64,000 nt of DNA from Marsupella aquatica (GCA_973895155.1 OZ316891.1:26217872-26281871), one strand, 5' to 3'. Shown: positions 1 through 13,984, counted from the stretch's first letter. Notes: generated by a model from the letters alone, not told the origin. A program made the numbers and translations.

Positions 1-92
1 GGAACATGATGGTGGACCGACACGGGCACGGGCACGGTCAGGTGGCCGGGCAGACCGGTGGCTCCTGCTGAATCGAGAGTCGCTCCGTCCAT
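1..92 (-). CDS. 5' end of an unidentified protein-coding gene running off the left edge
   Basis: ATG at 92-90 opens a GC-rich frame MDGATLDSAGATGLPGHLTVPVPVSVHHHVP that stays open to position 1; AT-rich DNA and a TGACGTCA palindrome (140-147) lie upstream. Confidence 0.45.
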   Translation of the reverse strand, partial: MDGATLDSAGATGLPGHLTVPVPVSVHHHV

Positions 93-816
93 GGGCTCCG
101 GGCAGTCTGCCCGACGGACACAGAAAGAGAGCCTGTCCTGACGTCATAATACCAATAAAGTATTTTCTGGATCGTATGAGCACACAGACCGCCGTTTTGT
201 GAAACTAAAGCCAGGATAGTACACCATGTTGGACATTGAGCTCCCGTGCACCGCATTTTGATGGCCCGAAACTCCCGTGTAATTTACGATTTTTGTTAAT
301 TTACGATTACTATAACAACTTAAAGTTCACCTGTAAGGAGAAAATAGAGAAAGAGACGGAAACAACAGGCCGCATTATTGCTTATTTGCAAAATTTCAGG
401 GGCATACAAAATGGGGAAATTGAAACCTCAATGTACCACATTTACCAAAAGTTGAGTCTAATTGTAATACTTGATATTCATCAAGTAAAATATTCTGTAC
501 TTCTAGGGATATGCTAGAAGAATAGGTAACCTATACTTCCATCCAACTTACATTGAATTTGGCTGAGTTTTTTAATCATAACATGCTGATGGGTGAAATT
601 CCATTTCATTAGTTTTCATTGAATTAAAATGAAATATTTGGTTTGTTGACCTACCCCAAAAATTGCAAGGCAGAAAGGAAGGAAATGCGCTTTTGTGGGT
701 TCAACTTGGAATCTGGGGGGACTTGTAGAGGCCGGTAGCAGAGATTTGCAAGGGATTTATTTACTCCCTTTTTCTCTTTTCAACGGAAAATTTTAATGAA
801 AGTAGACAAAGAAAGG

Positions 817-922
817 TACAGGGGAGGCCCACTAAATAAGAGTCTACCAACAAAAAATTAAAATATGAATGAGTATTGTTGGTAAACTCATCTATTGGTG
901 CTCATTGGGTCCCCCCATTGTA
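817..922. repeat. small imperfect inverted repeat (degenerate MITE-like hairpin)
   Basis: GGGGAGGCCCA..GAGTCTACCAACAA pairs imperfectly with TTGTTGGTAAACTC..TGGGTCCCCCC. Confidence 0.4.
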
Positions 923-2147
923 TTGTGCCCTGCCCAAAAGGTGAAATCATCAAAAATGCATATTTCATGTTCCCAAAGTAGAATGTCTATCCTCTGTTGT
1001 TTGGGCCATAATTCCAAAATAGAATCTCTATCTTCTGTTGGTTGAATGTGTCCACTTCAGGTTTTCAAGGCCAAAAACAAATGTCTTCATGTTTTTTTCT
1101 TCTTTTGCCTTGAAACATCCAAAAGGTCTTCATGTTTCCAAGTCTACCCAGAGTGCACTGATCAAGAGAGTTTCTCAACTTTAATTATACAAGCAAGGAT
1201 AACCCAATCTTCTTTAGGGCAAGTGATATTTCAAGCTTAAGCTTCATAAATAATCTGGCTTCACCAATAAGCCCCATTCCAAATTGGGGTTGTACCAGCA
1301 AGCATAACCCCATCTTCTTTAGGGCAAGTGCCTTTACAAGCCGCATCGTAAAGTAAGGTTGATTAAACATAAGGTCATTTTATGTTTTAATTTTTTGGTT
1401 GCCTTTTCCTCTTTTATGTTTGGTATTTGGCCTCTTTAGACCTCCTTTGCTTTCTCACCATTGTACTTTGTCTATTCCACTTCTGTAGAATTTTGGGTTT
1501 ATTAAATTTTTTATTGAAAAAAAGAATTTTTTATTGATTCCAAATAAAGACTTTTAATATTTGGAAGAATATTACAGTGTTTTTAGCACAGAAGCTACAT
1601 TTATTGTCAAATAAATTTCTGAAATGTTCAACAAATAAGGCTAATATAAATGTTAAAACACGTTTTTAAAGTTTTAGGGTGGTCTAGACTGCTAAAGTTT
1701 GTAGGTGATTGGGGGCACCATATAACGAGATCCTGAGACAGATGTTAAGTTCCGATGCTTAGTATAATACAGTAGTTTGGGTCTGTAGTAGTAGACTACA
1801 TGTATGGTATGTCATTCAGAAACATAATAAAATGATCCCATTGAATACCAATCCCAAATTATTTCAATCCTGGAATTGGCGGTAGGATTTACAAAAAAAC
1901 AAATTGTGGGGAAACCAAGGAAAAACATTGGCCGTAACTCAAATCAAGCCACAAATGTTAGACCAGTGTGTCCTCCAACCCCATGGCACAGGTGCTGAAT
2001 TCCAATAGCGAGCCATGGGGTGCATAATTCAAATGGAGCACCTTAGCCATTGTGTTTGAGGTTTAAAGAGTCCATTAATTTGAGTTTTGAAGACATGATG
2101 CTATGTTCAAAACTTCAAGGCATTTACTCTTGATTCTAAAATTACTA

Positions 2148-2430
2148 TGTAACCACAGAACTTAGTCAAATCCTAGTCAAACCTTGATCAAGTTTAAATA
2201 TGCTGTTTATTATATGCACAAGTAGGAATTAGTTTGTGTATGGATCTTAGGCTCATTGTTACGGAGCTCTCTAAAAGATATGGAGAGCTTGTGTTGATGA
2301 GACTTGGTATGGCCAACAGATCTAGACTACTGTAAAGATAGACTCTTGTGTTTCTAGTAAAATTAGCTTTTGCAGAAGTGAACTACATATCTGTTGTGTT
2401 GACTATTTCTTTGTTGGATGTGCATGTTGT
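2148..2430 (+). mobile_element. degenerate solo-LTR-like fragment (family A)
   Basis: Shares GCTCATTGTTACGGAGC...GAGACTTGGTATGGCCAA...CTCTTGTGT with the copies at 14879-15200 and, reverse-complemented, 5390-5696, 15250-15445 and 19940-20210. Confidence 0.5.
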
Positions 2431-5389
2431 CTATGAAGTGCCCATTGCTTAGCACAAAGAAACTTGTTTGAGATGGAAGAGCTATTATGTGATTGTTCCT
2501 TCTCCAGCTTTATCTCCAATTTGCTCAAATTTAGGTGAGTTTTGTCTGTCACATCAATTCTGCTCAAGTTGAACACCAACTTTCAAACAAAATCCCGAAT
2601 TCAAACACTTGCATAAAGCTCTCCCTAGCTAGGAGTCTAGGACATTGTGTTTGGAAGTTGCAAAAAACTATTATTCAAGCAAAAGATACCGTTTTCTTTA
2701 AGCACAGCGCATAATTTTGAATAAAGCCCCCCTGAAAGATGGTAGGCTTGGTTGCTGATGGCATAAGCCCTTACTCCCTCCCTCGATTGTAAGGCAAACC
2801 TATACACTCAATGATTGTCCTTATCTTGGGTCACATGTGAGCTATTAACTATATGTGCCACTGTCCCTATATAGAAAATTTCGTTTTACGTAGATGAATG
2901 TTAGACAACCCCCATGAATTCCGTATGTATAGGAGTTTGATAGGCATTAGATTCTATCACGTCATCAAAGAGGGGTCGTTTTAGTTATTTAAGGTGATTA
3001 TATCTACTAAAGCCCTGGTGAAGTTATATCTCCCCTTTAAGTAATATGGAACTTATAAAGTATGGAGCTTAACAAGTATCTCCCCATTGCCTCCTGACAT
3101 ATGGAAATGTGCCCAAGCACTTGATGCCGTGAACGTTTTTGGATTATTAGCCCCTAACTTGCCTTCATTGCTACTCAAATCACTCACTATTGTTATAGAC
3201 ATCCGTTAGTTCTCTTAATCAAGGAAAGTTGGAAGTGACCCCTTATGATTGGACTACTTCCAACTTTCCACCATGATGTCCACTAAGATGTCCATCCCTG
3301 TTAGTAACCACGCATCAAAATGGTGAGATGGGAAGTGAGTGAGTGCTTAATGTGAAATGAGTATTATGCCTTACCGGGAATATTTTCTATGGAAATTTAT
3401 GGTACATATGAATAAGGGAAAGAACCCCACCCAGGACAAGTACAGAAGCTGTGCAAAGAAGGGATTCGGATGTTAATTACTTCCTGTCTAAAATAACCTA
3501 TTTGAAAAAATGCACAAATGGGCTTTGAGTATTGAGTTAGTGGTTGAGTGTAAAAGTTACGGGTTAGTAGGGGTTCTCGTCGGTGACGATAAAAAACTCA
3601 TAAAGGGTTAAAAATAAAACTGACAAGGGGCCCACCTCATGTGTTCATCACGAAGGGAATCAACTTTTGGACAATGTCAGATCTTCCAGGTGTATTTTGT
3701 TGTTCTTTACCCAAAGCTATAATACTATATGTAATATGTGATAATTAATTAATTTAATGTAACTATAATATACTATCACACTGCAAAAAAACAAAAGGCG
3801 CCCAGCCAGGAGACACGATCTCACAAAACAGAGAACCAATAAAGGGGGGCCAACAAGGGAAACCCGGGAGACCAAAGATCCAAAAAGCACGAGAGACTTC
3901 GGCAAAAGCTAACCACAACAACTACAAGGAACAAAAGCCCTAAAAGTTGTTTTTACCCAAGGCTATCATACTCGAATAGAAAAGCATGTTATTTATAAAT
4001 ATAGGCTTTTGTTACTTTTGGTTAGTGAATGTTTTCCAATCTGGGGGAGCCATAAATTGGTTTCAACCCGTTTGTCATGACGGAAGTTATTTAACCATGG
4101 TCAAAGAGAGCGAGTGTCAAACTGTTAAACATCATTGAAGGTAGACAGTGGCAGACTATTAAAGCTTCATCATTCAAGTTTTCATGGTTGCCTTGCATCC
4201 ACAACCTACAGTATGTGAAAGATTGTGGACTGGCAAACTTTATGATTGCAATAAGTGGTGTTGCTAATTCAAAGATGACCCTCTTACTAGACCGATTGCC
4301 GTAGGCTTTTTGATTGGTTAAAGCGCAACTCTTGCTTATTAGACCTGGATCAGCCAGGTCATACCACTTGTTGGAGATAGGTTATTCCTGAACCTTGGAG
4401 GAGCCTATCGTAGAAGGCTGCAATGTAAAAAAGGGGAAGTTTGATTCACTTCCCGGCCCTATATTGTGCCAAGAGTCATTTAAGTCTACTGGACTAATTT
4501 TGTTTAGGGGTCTCCAAGGATATTGTGAGGATATGTTCTTTTTTGCTCACAAAAAATTGACTACATTGTTCATCTGGACCCACTACATACCACCGTACAA
4601 CCTGGAACATCCTGTCCCCACTTGTCAAATATATGGTATCAAATAAGGAGATGGTTAGCTCCCGCAATTTCTATTCTGAGTTTTTTATTACTTGGCAAGC
4701 TATCTGGTTGGACCTTGTGTCCACACTTCCATGACTTAGGGTGGCTTTACAAGATGTCGGGCCCATTGTATTCTTATTATTCTCTATGAGATTAACTCTC
4801 AACTATATAAAAATGAAATGGCTGCATTCAGGTATGGGCCTGAAGGCAGCCGAGTTGGTCTTGCCAGAACTGGGTGGGCCATTCAAGTATGATGTCTACC
4901 AATCACACATGGCAAAGAGTGGGTCCAAGTACATGCATATGTGGACTGCTTAGGCTTTTTTAGAATTTTAGATCACCTAGTATAGAGGTGGTCCAAACAT
5001 TTGCAAAATTTGGCTTCTTCATTAAAGGAATTTGCATTTATTGAAGTTCATTTCACAAGATTTTTGGGGTGGAGTCTCTCCTTAGTAGAAGTGGCCCCCA
5101 GTTTGCTTTGGTGAAAAACAATCACAAGTGCCCCAGGGCTTTGTAAACTACCACCCTGAGGGCATTAAGTTTGAAATTTATTGCTAGTTTGAATTTTGTT
5201 TACCATAAGTATTGATAGTACAACCAAACTATTCCTTGCATGATCACCAGTTCTCTAGTGGCCATATTATAGGCAAGGTCCAAATAACAACAACTGTGGA
5301 TTTCTCTTTACAAAAAATCTTTACCTTTGGGGGTCTTTGAGCAAACCATGCTACACATAAGATAGCATGCACATGTCCAATGTTCACCA

Positions 5390-5696
5390 TACACAGAAGT
5401 AGTCAATACACAAGATAAGTATTTCATCTCTCGAGAGGTTATGTCCACATGAACACAAAAGAGAGCTTTACTAAACTCTAAGCCTGTCGACCATACAAAA
5501 TCTCAAGAGACCAAGCCCTTCGCATCCCTCAAGTGGCCTCGTAACAATGAACCTAAGTTACTAACTTGATCACTAACTAAGTCATGCTAGTGCCTATAGT
5601 AGTGGCACATCTAACCTTAACTAAACACAGGACTTTGATTAGACCAACTATGGTTACTTAATAGCTCTAGACCTACGAGTAAAATAATGCCAGACA
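5390..5696 (-). mobile_element. degenerate solo-LTR-like fragment (family A)
   Basis: Minus strand begins TGTCTGGCATTATTTTACTCGTAGGTCTAGAG, matching the TG-start of the other copies; CTCAAGTGGCCTCGTAACAATGA block shared. Confidence 0.55.
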
Positions 5697-5789
5697 ATCT
5701 TCCTCTCCTCTTTCCTTCCCCTTTGAAACCACTGAACTTTTCTGGTGTTCCTCCTGTTATTTATGACATCTTTGCCCTCGTGCACCCCC

Positions 5790-6080
5790 CCAAATAATAA
5801 TAGTAATTGTAATAGAGGAACCCATTAATAATTTTTTGTTACAATTTTTAAGTACATTGCCATTAAAGATTTTTTAATTTATAATACTGTCATTATTCTT
5901 GTTATATTTACAAAAATGCCACAGTTTTTGTATACAGTTTCCCTGGTTACCTTTGTGAACTTATCATCCATATCTAAACTGTGATATTTTTATAAATACA
6001 CACAAAATTATGGCAGTATTGTCAATTAGAACATCTTAAGTGACAAATTACTTAAAAAAAAATTCTTGTTATTATTTTGA
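5790..6080. repeat. old AT-rich foldback/MITE remnant
   Basis: Imperfect arms, e.g. AATACTGTCATTATT/AATTATGGCAGTATT and CACAGTTT/AAACTGTG, around a short centre. Confidence 0.4.
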
Positions 6081-8024
6081 GTGATTTGTTTTCTTGGAAA
6101 TAAAAAAGGTTTGAGTAAATTTTTGGTTTGAGCAAATGTTTGGTTTGAAGGCACTCTAAGAGACTATTGACCTAAGAGTTTGTGCACTAGTTTTCGGGCT
6201 CCATGTTGCTATTGTGACAATTATGAGGGGCCAATGCAGGCTAGTTATGTCACACCCTCCCACAAATAAAAAGGGATTTGTACTGATGGCTGCCATTTAG
6301 CCTAACATTTGTGTGCAAATCATGTCACAAAGCCCGAGAGAAAGCAGGGGAATGTGAAGACAGTACTGTGAATAGATTGTGAACTTATGGCAATGCACAC
6401 AATGTAGATCTGTTTAGCCAAGTCAGGGCAGATGTGTGTCACAACTAGGAAGAACCCCTAAACCCTAAATGCCAGTCCACATTTAGAGCTGGGCCTGTTC
6501 CCGGAAGAAATCAGAATACCCTCAGGGGAGTCACTTCCATAGTAGGCACATCAGATAAGTAGACAAGTATAGGCCCATTTAAATGGGTGTGACAAAATAT
6601 TTCCAGAGTTTTGTGGAAAACAAATAGGATATGTCTTATTGATTGGTCAACTTTAAGGAAGAAATAAGTCTATAAATTGTGAAAATAAAAAATAATAAAA
6701 TTTAAAGAAAAAAATTATTGATTTTTTTTTTTAAAATTAATTATAAATCCAAACCCTAAAATGCTGCACACCAAGTATGGCCGTTCATACAGTGAACACC
6801 GTCCGCCCCCAAGAGAATACCATCGACCAGTGCAAGCCATAAATGCCCCTCCGTCACATGAGTAAAGCCATTCCAAGAAAAAAAAATGCCCTTCCGCAAC
6901 CCTAGACTACTTCATACTTCGATGCCACTTTGCCAGTATGGGCCCGACGGGGAGGTACTGGTGCGGAACTGCAGATACTCTTAGCAGGTGTTCAGCTCTG
7001 TAGACCCATCTTCCAACCTACCAGGAGTAGACACGTAGTAGTATTGTATTGAATGGGGACAATGCCCATCAAACAGCACAAAGACTGGTACAGTGTGATT
7101 GTGATAGACTTTCAGAATATTTTAATTTAGATAAAATAGTATACAAATCAGTCATGCACATACGGGGCTCAAAGCAACCAATCTTCGAGGAGTCATTAAT
7201 AGAGGCCATATCCAACAGTAGTAGAAGTGTATTAATCCAGAGATCGTCCTCCTGGAGACATCAATGGTATCTCCAGGGATTCTTTCTTCCAAGTGGGTGG
7301 TCAAACTTCACCTTTGACTTGTTTCCCATAATTATCAAGTGAATGGACTAGGGTGCTCTCTATCAACACAAGTTACATGTTGAATAATATTCACCGGAAG
7401 TTCATGACTTTTATCTAGAGTTTTCTTTTGCCCCCTGTAAGTCTCAGGTTATCTGTATCTAACAGGCCTCTGGAGATCCTAAACCCACGTCCACCCCCTT
7501 GACCTCTCACTATGTGGCTCTCTATGTCCTTCACTTATGTTCATGGAAGATGAAAGGAAAAAAAGAAAATGGAAACTGTACTCCTAAAACTATGTAGCCC
7601 ACAGGAATATCCTAGGGCTACTGCCCTCGAGGTTTTGGGTTTTATGTCACCAGGCTGAGTTACTGGTTTAATGGCCAGGGCAGATTGAACCCACGACGTT
7701 TCTTATACATAAATGCTACAAGGCCCTTCTCATACAATTGTCCATACACCCAAACTGTCCCACTGTGTATGGCCTCGATTTACACAAGGTCCTATAATTG
7801 AGTAGGGAATATATTATTTGAAGGACCCACTAAATAGTATCATAGTCTCCACATATCACTGATGAAATGCCCAAAGTCAGAGGCCAACACTGTGGATAAA
7901 TGGTTGGACACTTGGATGTTTGGGGGACTCTGATGTGAATGTGAGGGAGTTGACATCAATATGGGAGGGTGAAGTATCCAGGGGTCCTCATTAATATTTC
8001 TGACCCATCACACATGGATAAGTA

Positions 8025-8855
8025 CAGTGAACTCTGGATAAACTCACCCTCTCGGGAAGAAGGATTTGGCGTACAGTAAAGCAGGTGTTGCATGACTTGA
8101 TAAGCGCACATCCCACTAAAAGTAGTGTAGATAAGTGTGCTTAATTTGGGATCCTTTGTTAAATGTGTAATTATCCAGGGTTTCCAGGGGTTTGAGACCA
8201 AGTTGTGTGGGCGATGGCAGATTGAGCACTACCAAGTGAATGAACAATGATATGGACTCCAAAACTCACCATGCACATTGTGAATACTACTATATACCCA
8301 GATCACACCAACATTCCGTGAAATCAAACTTTATCTCAAAATGACAACATTTTGTGTCCAATGTGTAGTAAAAAAAAAGTGGACTACAGTTCCTATATTG
8401 GGCCTACACAACTTCTTCAGTACCGACGGCAGTATGGAGTGAGCAGTCCCCTTCAACTAAGGAGCTTCCTGCTGGTCTACTTTGCCCTCCACTGCCTCAG
8501 CATTGTATTTCCCTTCAATATAGGTCCATCTGCCATCTGGACTAAAAGACCCCACAGTCAGCCTCGTACCTTGATCCCTGCCCTAATTCTTTGCCCAAAC
8601 TCTTTAAGTGCATGATGTACTCTACTAATAATGGGCATGCCTTTATCTGTAAATGACATTTCTGAAGTTTATGCATTTACATATCCAGAGTAAGTGCTTT
8701 GAAAGTTGTCGTCTAGCAGAATGATTATAGCCCTATGTGCGCTTAGAAAATGCTTAAATACCGCTTAACCCATGTAAAAAAAAGGGAAGAACAAGATGGC
8801 ATGCAATAATCCAGGGTAAGCGTTTATGGAGTGTGCGCTTATCCAGAGTTCACTG
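8025..8855. mobile_element. non-autonomous Tc1/mariner (pogo-like) DNA transposon
   Basis: TIRs CAGTGAACTCTGGATAA are perfect over 17 bp (about 27 bp with 3 mismatches) and flanked by TA on both sides; CAGT termini plus TA TSD are typical of pogo/Tigger-type elements; no transposase ORF. Confidence 0.8.
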
Positions 8856-8979
8856 TATAGAGATTTTTATGAGTTAATGTATTTAATACTTATGAAATTT
8901 TGTGGAAGGATAGTAAAGGTTTTTTAAATTCCATTTCAGCAGTTTAAGAAAAGGCATTATAGTTTAAAACCAAAATTGA

Positions 8980-9520
8980 TAGTATTCCTAGCCTATTCCA
9001 AGATGGGGATGAATCCTTGGGATGAAATGGGACCCCCTTAGAGTGAGGCCCTCAAGGTGAAAATTAGTGGAGGAGTGGATGCCAAGATTGACGATACTTT
9101 GATAGTTTTTTGGGTTCCCTACAGGCACCATATCATAGATCATCAAGATATATGATAGTTCCTCTAGATACTGGAGGAGTTGAAATCTATACATGTATAC
9201 TACCCTGAACCCACACCTTGGACGAAGGGAAACCTCCTTCACTGTCAATTACCTATCCCTGACCTTGATCTCCACATGGTTAGGGATCTCATGAGGTAGA
9301 TAGAAAATGACAGGATTCCAGTTGTCCTTCACAACTTTGGGAGATTTAGTAGTTACCTGCTTGTAAGTGTTGGCCAAATGAAAAAGCAAGACAGGTGAGT
9401 GATGTATCATTTGTGATTTGAACTTTTCATTGTTTAAAGAATTTTCTTCTTTCCATGGGGTGAAGGTATGTAGGGAAAACTGATTGAAGTAACTCAATTG
9501 CTGTACTTTTTTCATAGGGT
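8980..9520 (-). mobile_element. decayed Ty3/gypsy-like integrase C-terminal remnant
   Basis: Broken frames with a YRFQLLQYLEELSYI segment resembling the YRLxLPxxL..IH motif of gypsy integrase tails; many stops. Confidence 0.3.
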
Positions 9521-12500
9521 CGTGTAAAGATTTTCATTTTTTTGCACTAGTTTCTACAGTGACTTAAATATTGCCAGGGCATATCATTGTTCATTAGAGC
9601 AAAAAGTTATGGGGTGCAAATTTGGTAGACCATAACTTTCTCTGTAAGTTACTTACCTATAGTTAAGGTACATCAAGTTTTGAGATTTGAGGACCCCTAC
9701 TAACTGCTTACAAATGAAAGGGTTCATATCCAGAACAATGCAGTCAATCCACACGAGCTTCTTTTTTGCTGTGATATCTGTGTGCAGGAGTGTTTGGCGC
9801 TTCTGCAACCACTCCGAGACTTTGTGTTCAATTAACCTGTAAGTTGTTAAAGTATGTAAACATGGATGAGTTGTGCAGCTTTCAGAAACTTTTGAAGAGC
9901 ATCTTGGGTCTGACTTGGTGAGGAAAAATTAACTTTAGGAGAGCCTTTAGGACTTGATTTTTTTGCTGCAGCTTAGCTTTCTGATTACGGCACAGCATTT
10001 TGTAAACAAAGCTGCTTCACTCCTGTGTAGTTTAGGGTTTGGGGTTTCCTTTGTAGTTACAAGACTTTACATTGATCATAGGTAAACTTTCAGAAAACCT
10101 GGATCAAAGGTCTCACTCACTCAACAAATAGTTCTAATCTACACACAATAATAATAGAGCTTCAATCCCGCCCATTCTCCTCATCGTTGTTTACAAATTA
10201 TACTATGGGCTAGCATTTTTAGGCAGGACGAAACCCTAGCCGATTGCTGAACTCCTGTTTTTTTTGGCACCGTTCGATCAATCAAACACACCTCCTATCA
10301 CACCCTCCCTGCACCCCTTGCGTCCTCCCTCGCCGCTGCCCCCATCTCCATCCATCCGTGCCGCACCATAGCCCTCCATCCCTCACCGTCAGTGCAATCA
10401 TGAAGCATGGACATAGGGCTAGTTTTTAATAAAAGTTATCTTTGGAGGTTACAAAGAGACAAATCTCGACCCTGATGGATGAGCTTTGCGTTGATTCAAA
10501 ATTGCCGTCGTCGTACAGAAAACGAAACAGCAGAGTCCTAGGACAATCGGATGGCGAGCTCACCATGACCTATGCCATTAGCTGAAAAATATCTCAGGAC
10601 CATCAGAATTGTGTCGAAGGCACACCCGTGTTGAACTGACAGAAATGCCCTCCCAGAGTCCCCAGCCGAGCCATCGCAAGTACCACCACCATCAACCCAG
10701 CCCAGCCATCTTTGTCTTGCTGGTACGAAAAGCATGGCCACTTTTAAACTTCGATCCGATCGTACACACCACAAAGGATTAAAATATTACACAGTTTGTA
10801 CATCTAAAGGAGAAGTATCTATCCTATGCCCTTCATCTTCCCCGTCTCGTATGCAATCCTGGCTGGTACGTTGTACACTTGATCGACATTATCGTCTTAA
10901 AGTAAAGGCAGAATGACAGCGACCTAAAGCTTGGCGTCCCTTGCACGAGAAGCTGGAGAAAGTTGAACAAGTAATATAAGCTGTGGGGACTCGTAACGAA
11001 ACAGCACCTGGAGACTTTGAAGACTAGATAATCAGTTGAGTTTCGATGAGACCAAATCGACTAGGAAAATGAAAGGCTATTGACAATCTAAGTTCATGTA
11101 CTGCATTTAACTTCACTCCATCCTACTACACATTTCTCTGGTGGTCCTTCGATTCTTTTAGGAGAACCACCCAAATTTTTATTCCGTGACAAAAGTGAGA
11201 ATTATGGCCATTAAGATTGCTTGACTCGTGCTCCCAGTATCTTGCTTGCAATGTTTCTCTCCGTCAAGTTTGGACCCTCAGTCTAAACAATGCAATACCA
11301 TAATGAGAAAGATAGTTGAGGTCGTAGGATAGTTGAGGTCGTAGGATCGCTATCAAAGACTGCGTCTAGGAGCATGTTAGGTCTAGGTCTGCATTGTTAG
11401 GCCCTTCGCTCGCCCTTCGTTCATGTTGGGTTTGTGACAGGGCCTCCAACTGATTGAGGACTTCTGCTGGGGCTGAGTGTTCTCTTGGTCCTGGCTTGAA
11501 TGATTGCGCGAGGGTTAGTGGTTTATGAAGTCTTCTCAAGAGACTGCCTCCCGGACCCACGAAACAAGTCAAAAGAAGGAAACCAATATCAATAGTTCGT
11601 CATAATTTACAAAAAAGGGGCAATACAAAGTACAATGTAGTAAAAGCAAAAGAGATCAAAACTAAAACCATACTCAAAACGAGTAGGCAAATGCAAACCC
11701 CAAAAACCTAGAAGAGTACAAATGAATGGCTGTTTGCTTCAGAGATTTTCCTCTTACCATATACATTAGAATGCTGGTCCAGGTAATACAGTCGCCCAGG
11801 CCATATACCAAGGTCAAACGCCAACACGATACATTAAACCGGGGCAGGTGGATGTGATGCAATGCAATGACAACGAAGCTACGTTACCACGATTTTATTC
11901 GTTTCGTCGTTCATTCTTTTACTGCTGGAAACACACGTTTCCGCTACGGTACATTTGCTCCCTGTAAAGTTGTCGCAGCATAGGATACATGATCATACTA
12001 AGCGCACTTTTACTTTCATGCCAAACTTCTCTTCTCGTTGGTTGCTCAAAAAGACCACGATTTGCATAAATTGAACTATTGGTTTGTTCACAAACATATC
12101 AGGTGTCGCCACGGCGCACAGAATTTATAGAAAAAAACTCTACTGTAGTGAGATGCTTCTTCGAACGACTTCTACGATCGAGCTGTGATTTCGCTCTTTA
12201 ACCTCACATAGACAGTCATGTCTTTCACGTGGGATCAGGGATCCAATGTGGGATCGTAATCAACTCCGTCACAGAACATCCGAAATATGAGACCAAAATT
12301 GGAGAATCACCTTTCTGTCTCTCGTAGAACAAAAGATAGCATAAACAAATATCGAAATGATGGTTGCATGTAGCCATGGAGAAAAAGGAAAGGTCCCACC
12401 CACGAAACTCACGAAGGAAGGAGAACAAAATCTGTTGACATGCTTTTATATGGAATTTCAACTTCAAACCCTTCAGTAGTCCACGTTATGAAGGTGTACG

Positions 12501-12631
12501 ATCCATGTCGTTAAGGAGCCTTATTCATACTCTTGCCAAACTTCCAACTCACTCCAAATTCACGAGAGAATATTGTCGCTCGACAGCAGACTGCCACGGA
12601 CATGTATTCTTGTATGGTGGGGCCGTTCTGT

Positions 12632-13984
12632 TCACTTTGTTGGGCTCCTTGGTCTACTTTTGAGCCCTTGAAGCTTAATTGGGACTGTACGGTAGAGTGA
12701 GCGTGCCCATCCCTCGCTTAGTAGAGCTTGCGCCACTTTAAATTTGCTTTTCGAATTCTTGTCCTGCAAACTTATGAAATGTCTACTGAGTTTGTCTGCA
12801 TGCTCTTCTGATTCCACAAACTTGAAAATTGCCCTGATTTTTTCCATGCCCCTTCCAGTCCGAACTGTTCCATTTGTCACGAATCTGAAAGTTTCTCCAT
12901 TGATATACTGCAGGCTCGAAGCAAATCGACTGACACTGCATAATTTGAGCGGCGATAAGATTTCCCTCCTCCTCTCCACTTGACTTCCGGCTCCTTGGTA
13001 GCCTATATTTTCCCAAACAAGACCTGGGCTGTTCCCAATAAAGGAGCTACCGTAGACTGGAACAAAATAACATAAGCTAAAGGCCAGACGATATAATTGT
13101 GAAGATTTCCACGTCTTTGTCAGTCCTACTGTTTCGCTAGTTGCTTATCTTCAAATCACAAGGGCCGGGTTCGTGCATGTCATCATTAAGCCTCCACATC
13201 CTTTGGCGGATTCGCTGTTACTTTACCACAGGTTCGGTTTCGAGATGTGCTTTTTGGTTACCATTGACGGAGAAGTTCAGCAGAGACGACAGACATCCAA
13301 GAGGAATACCATTTTCTAGTCCTAGAAAATTTTCTTGCAACGCTATGCAAATCCGCAGGTGGCAAGACTGAACTGAACCGGTACTACCGTAGTCATCTTT
13401 GGGTTCAAGTAAGATACCCACGTAAAATAGCCACCGTCGTAGGGGGGATTAGACCAATTCTACCGGAGTCATCTTTGGAAGCAAGCAAGATAGCCACAAT
13501 CGTAGGTCTGCAAAGATTAAACCAATACTAGTCACCTTGAGCTTCAACGTTAGATCAAATTGTGGGGCTGCTGGTCTTCACCGAGGACTAGATTGCTCGT
13601 TTGGAGAATGCAAGAGCTTTCGGGCGAACAGGCCTGTCCTCTCTGCAGTGACAGTCAAAGTAACTTCACTCCTGTTATTAAATAGGTGGAGAATTAAGCT
13701 GACGATTTAAGTAAATAGGGAATCAATCAGGCAAGGTTTCCCACCAGCCAAGTAAGCGAGGTAGATTCAAGTCCGCCATACCGTCATGAATGTCCAAAAG
13801 ACAACTCACTCACCGCTCGTTCTATGATCACTACCAGTTCATGTTTTTTGCCATGAAAGATTTCACTCAATTCCAAGAGCACCACCAATTCTGTCGGAGG
13901 AATATACGCCATTACTTGCTGCTGATACAGCTCAAGTGCAGAGCACCGCCAGTCTTGTAGGAGGAATAGACTTATAGACGCCAT
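12632..13984 (-). CDS. candidate 3-exon orphan gene, 218 aa hypothetical protein
   Basis: Exons 13984-13814 (GCG|gtgagt), 13642-13582 (ctgcag| and G|gtgaag) and 13056-12632 (ttttgttccag|) join in phase to 657 nt ending in TGA; telo-box-like AACCCTAA near 14003. No recognised domain. Confidence 0.4.

Noticed and set aside
7670-7705. tRNA B-box-like GGTTCAA on the minus strand
   Set aside because: No cloverleaf can be folded; at most a SINE scrap.
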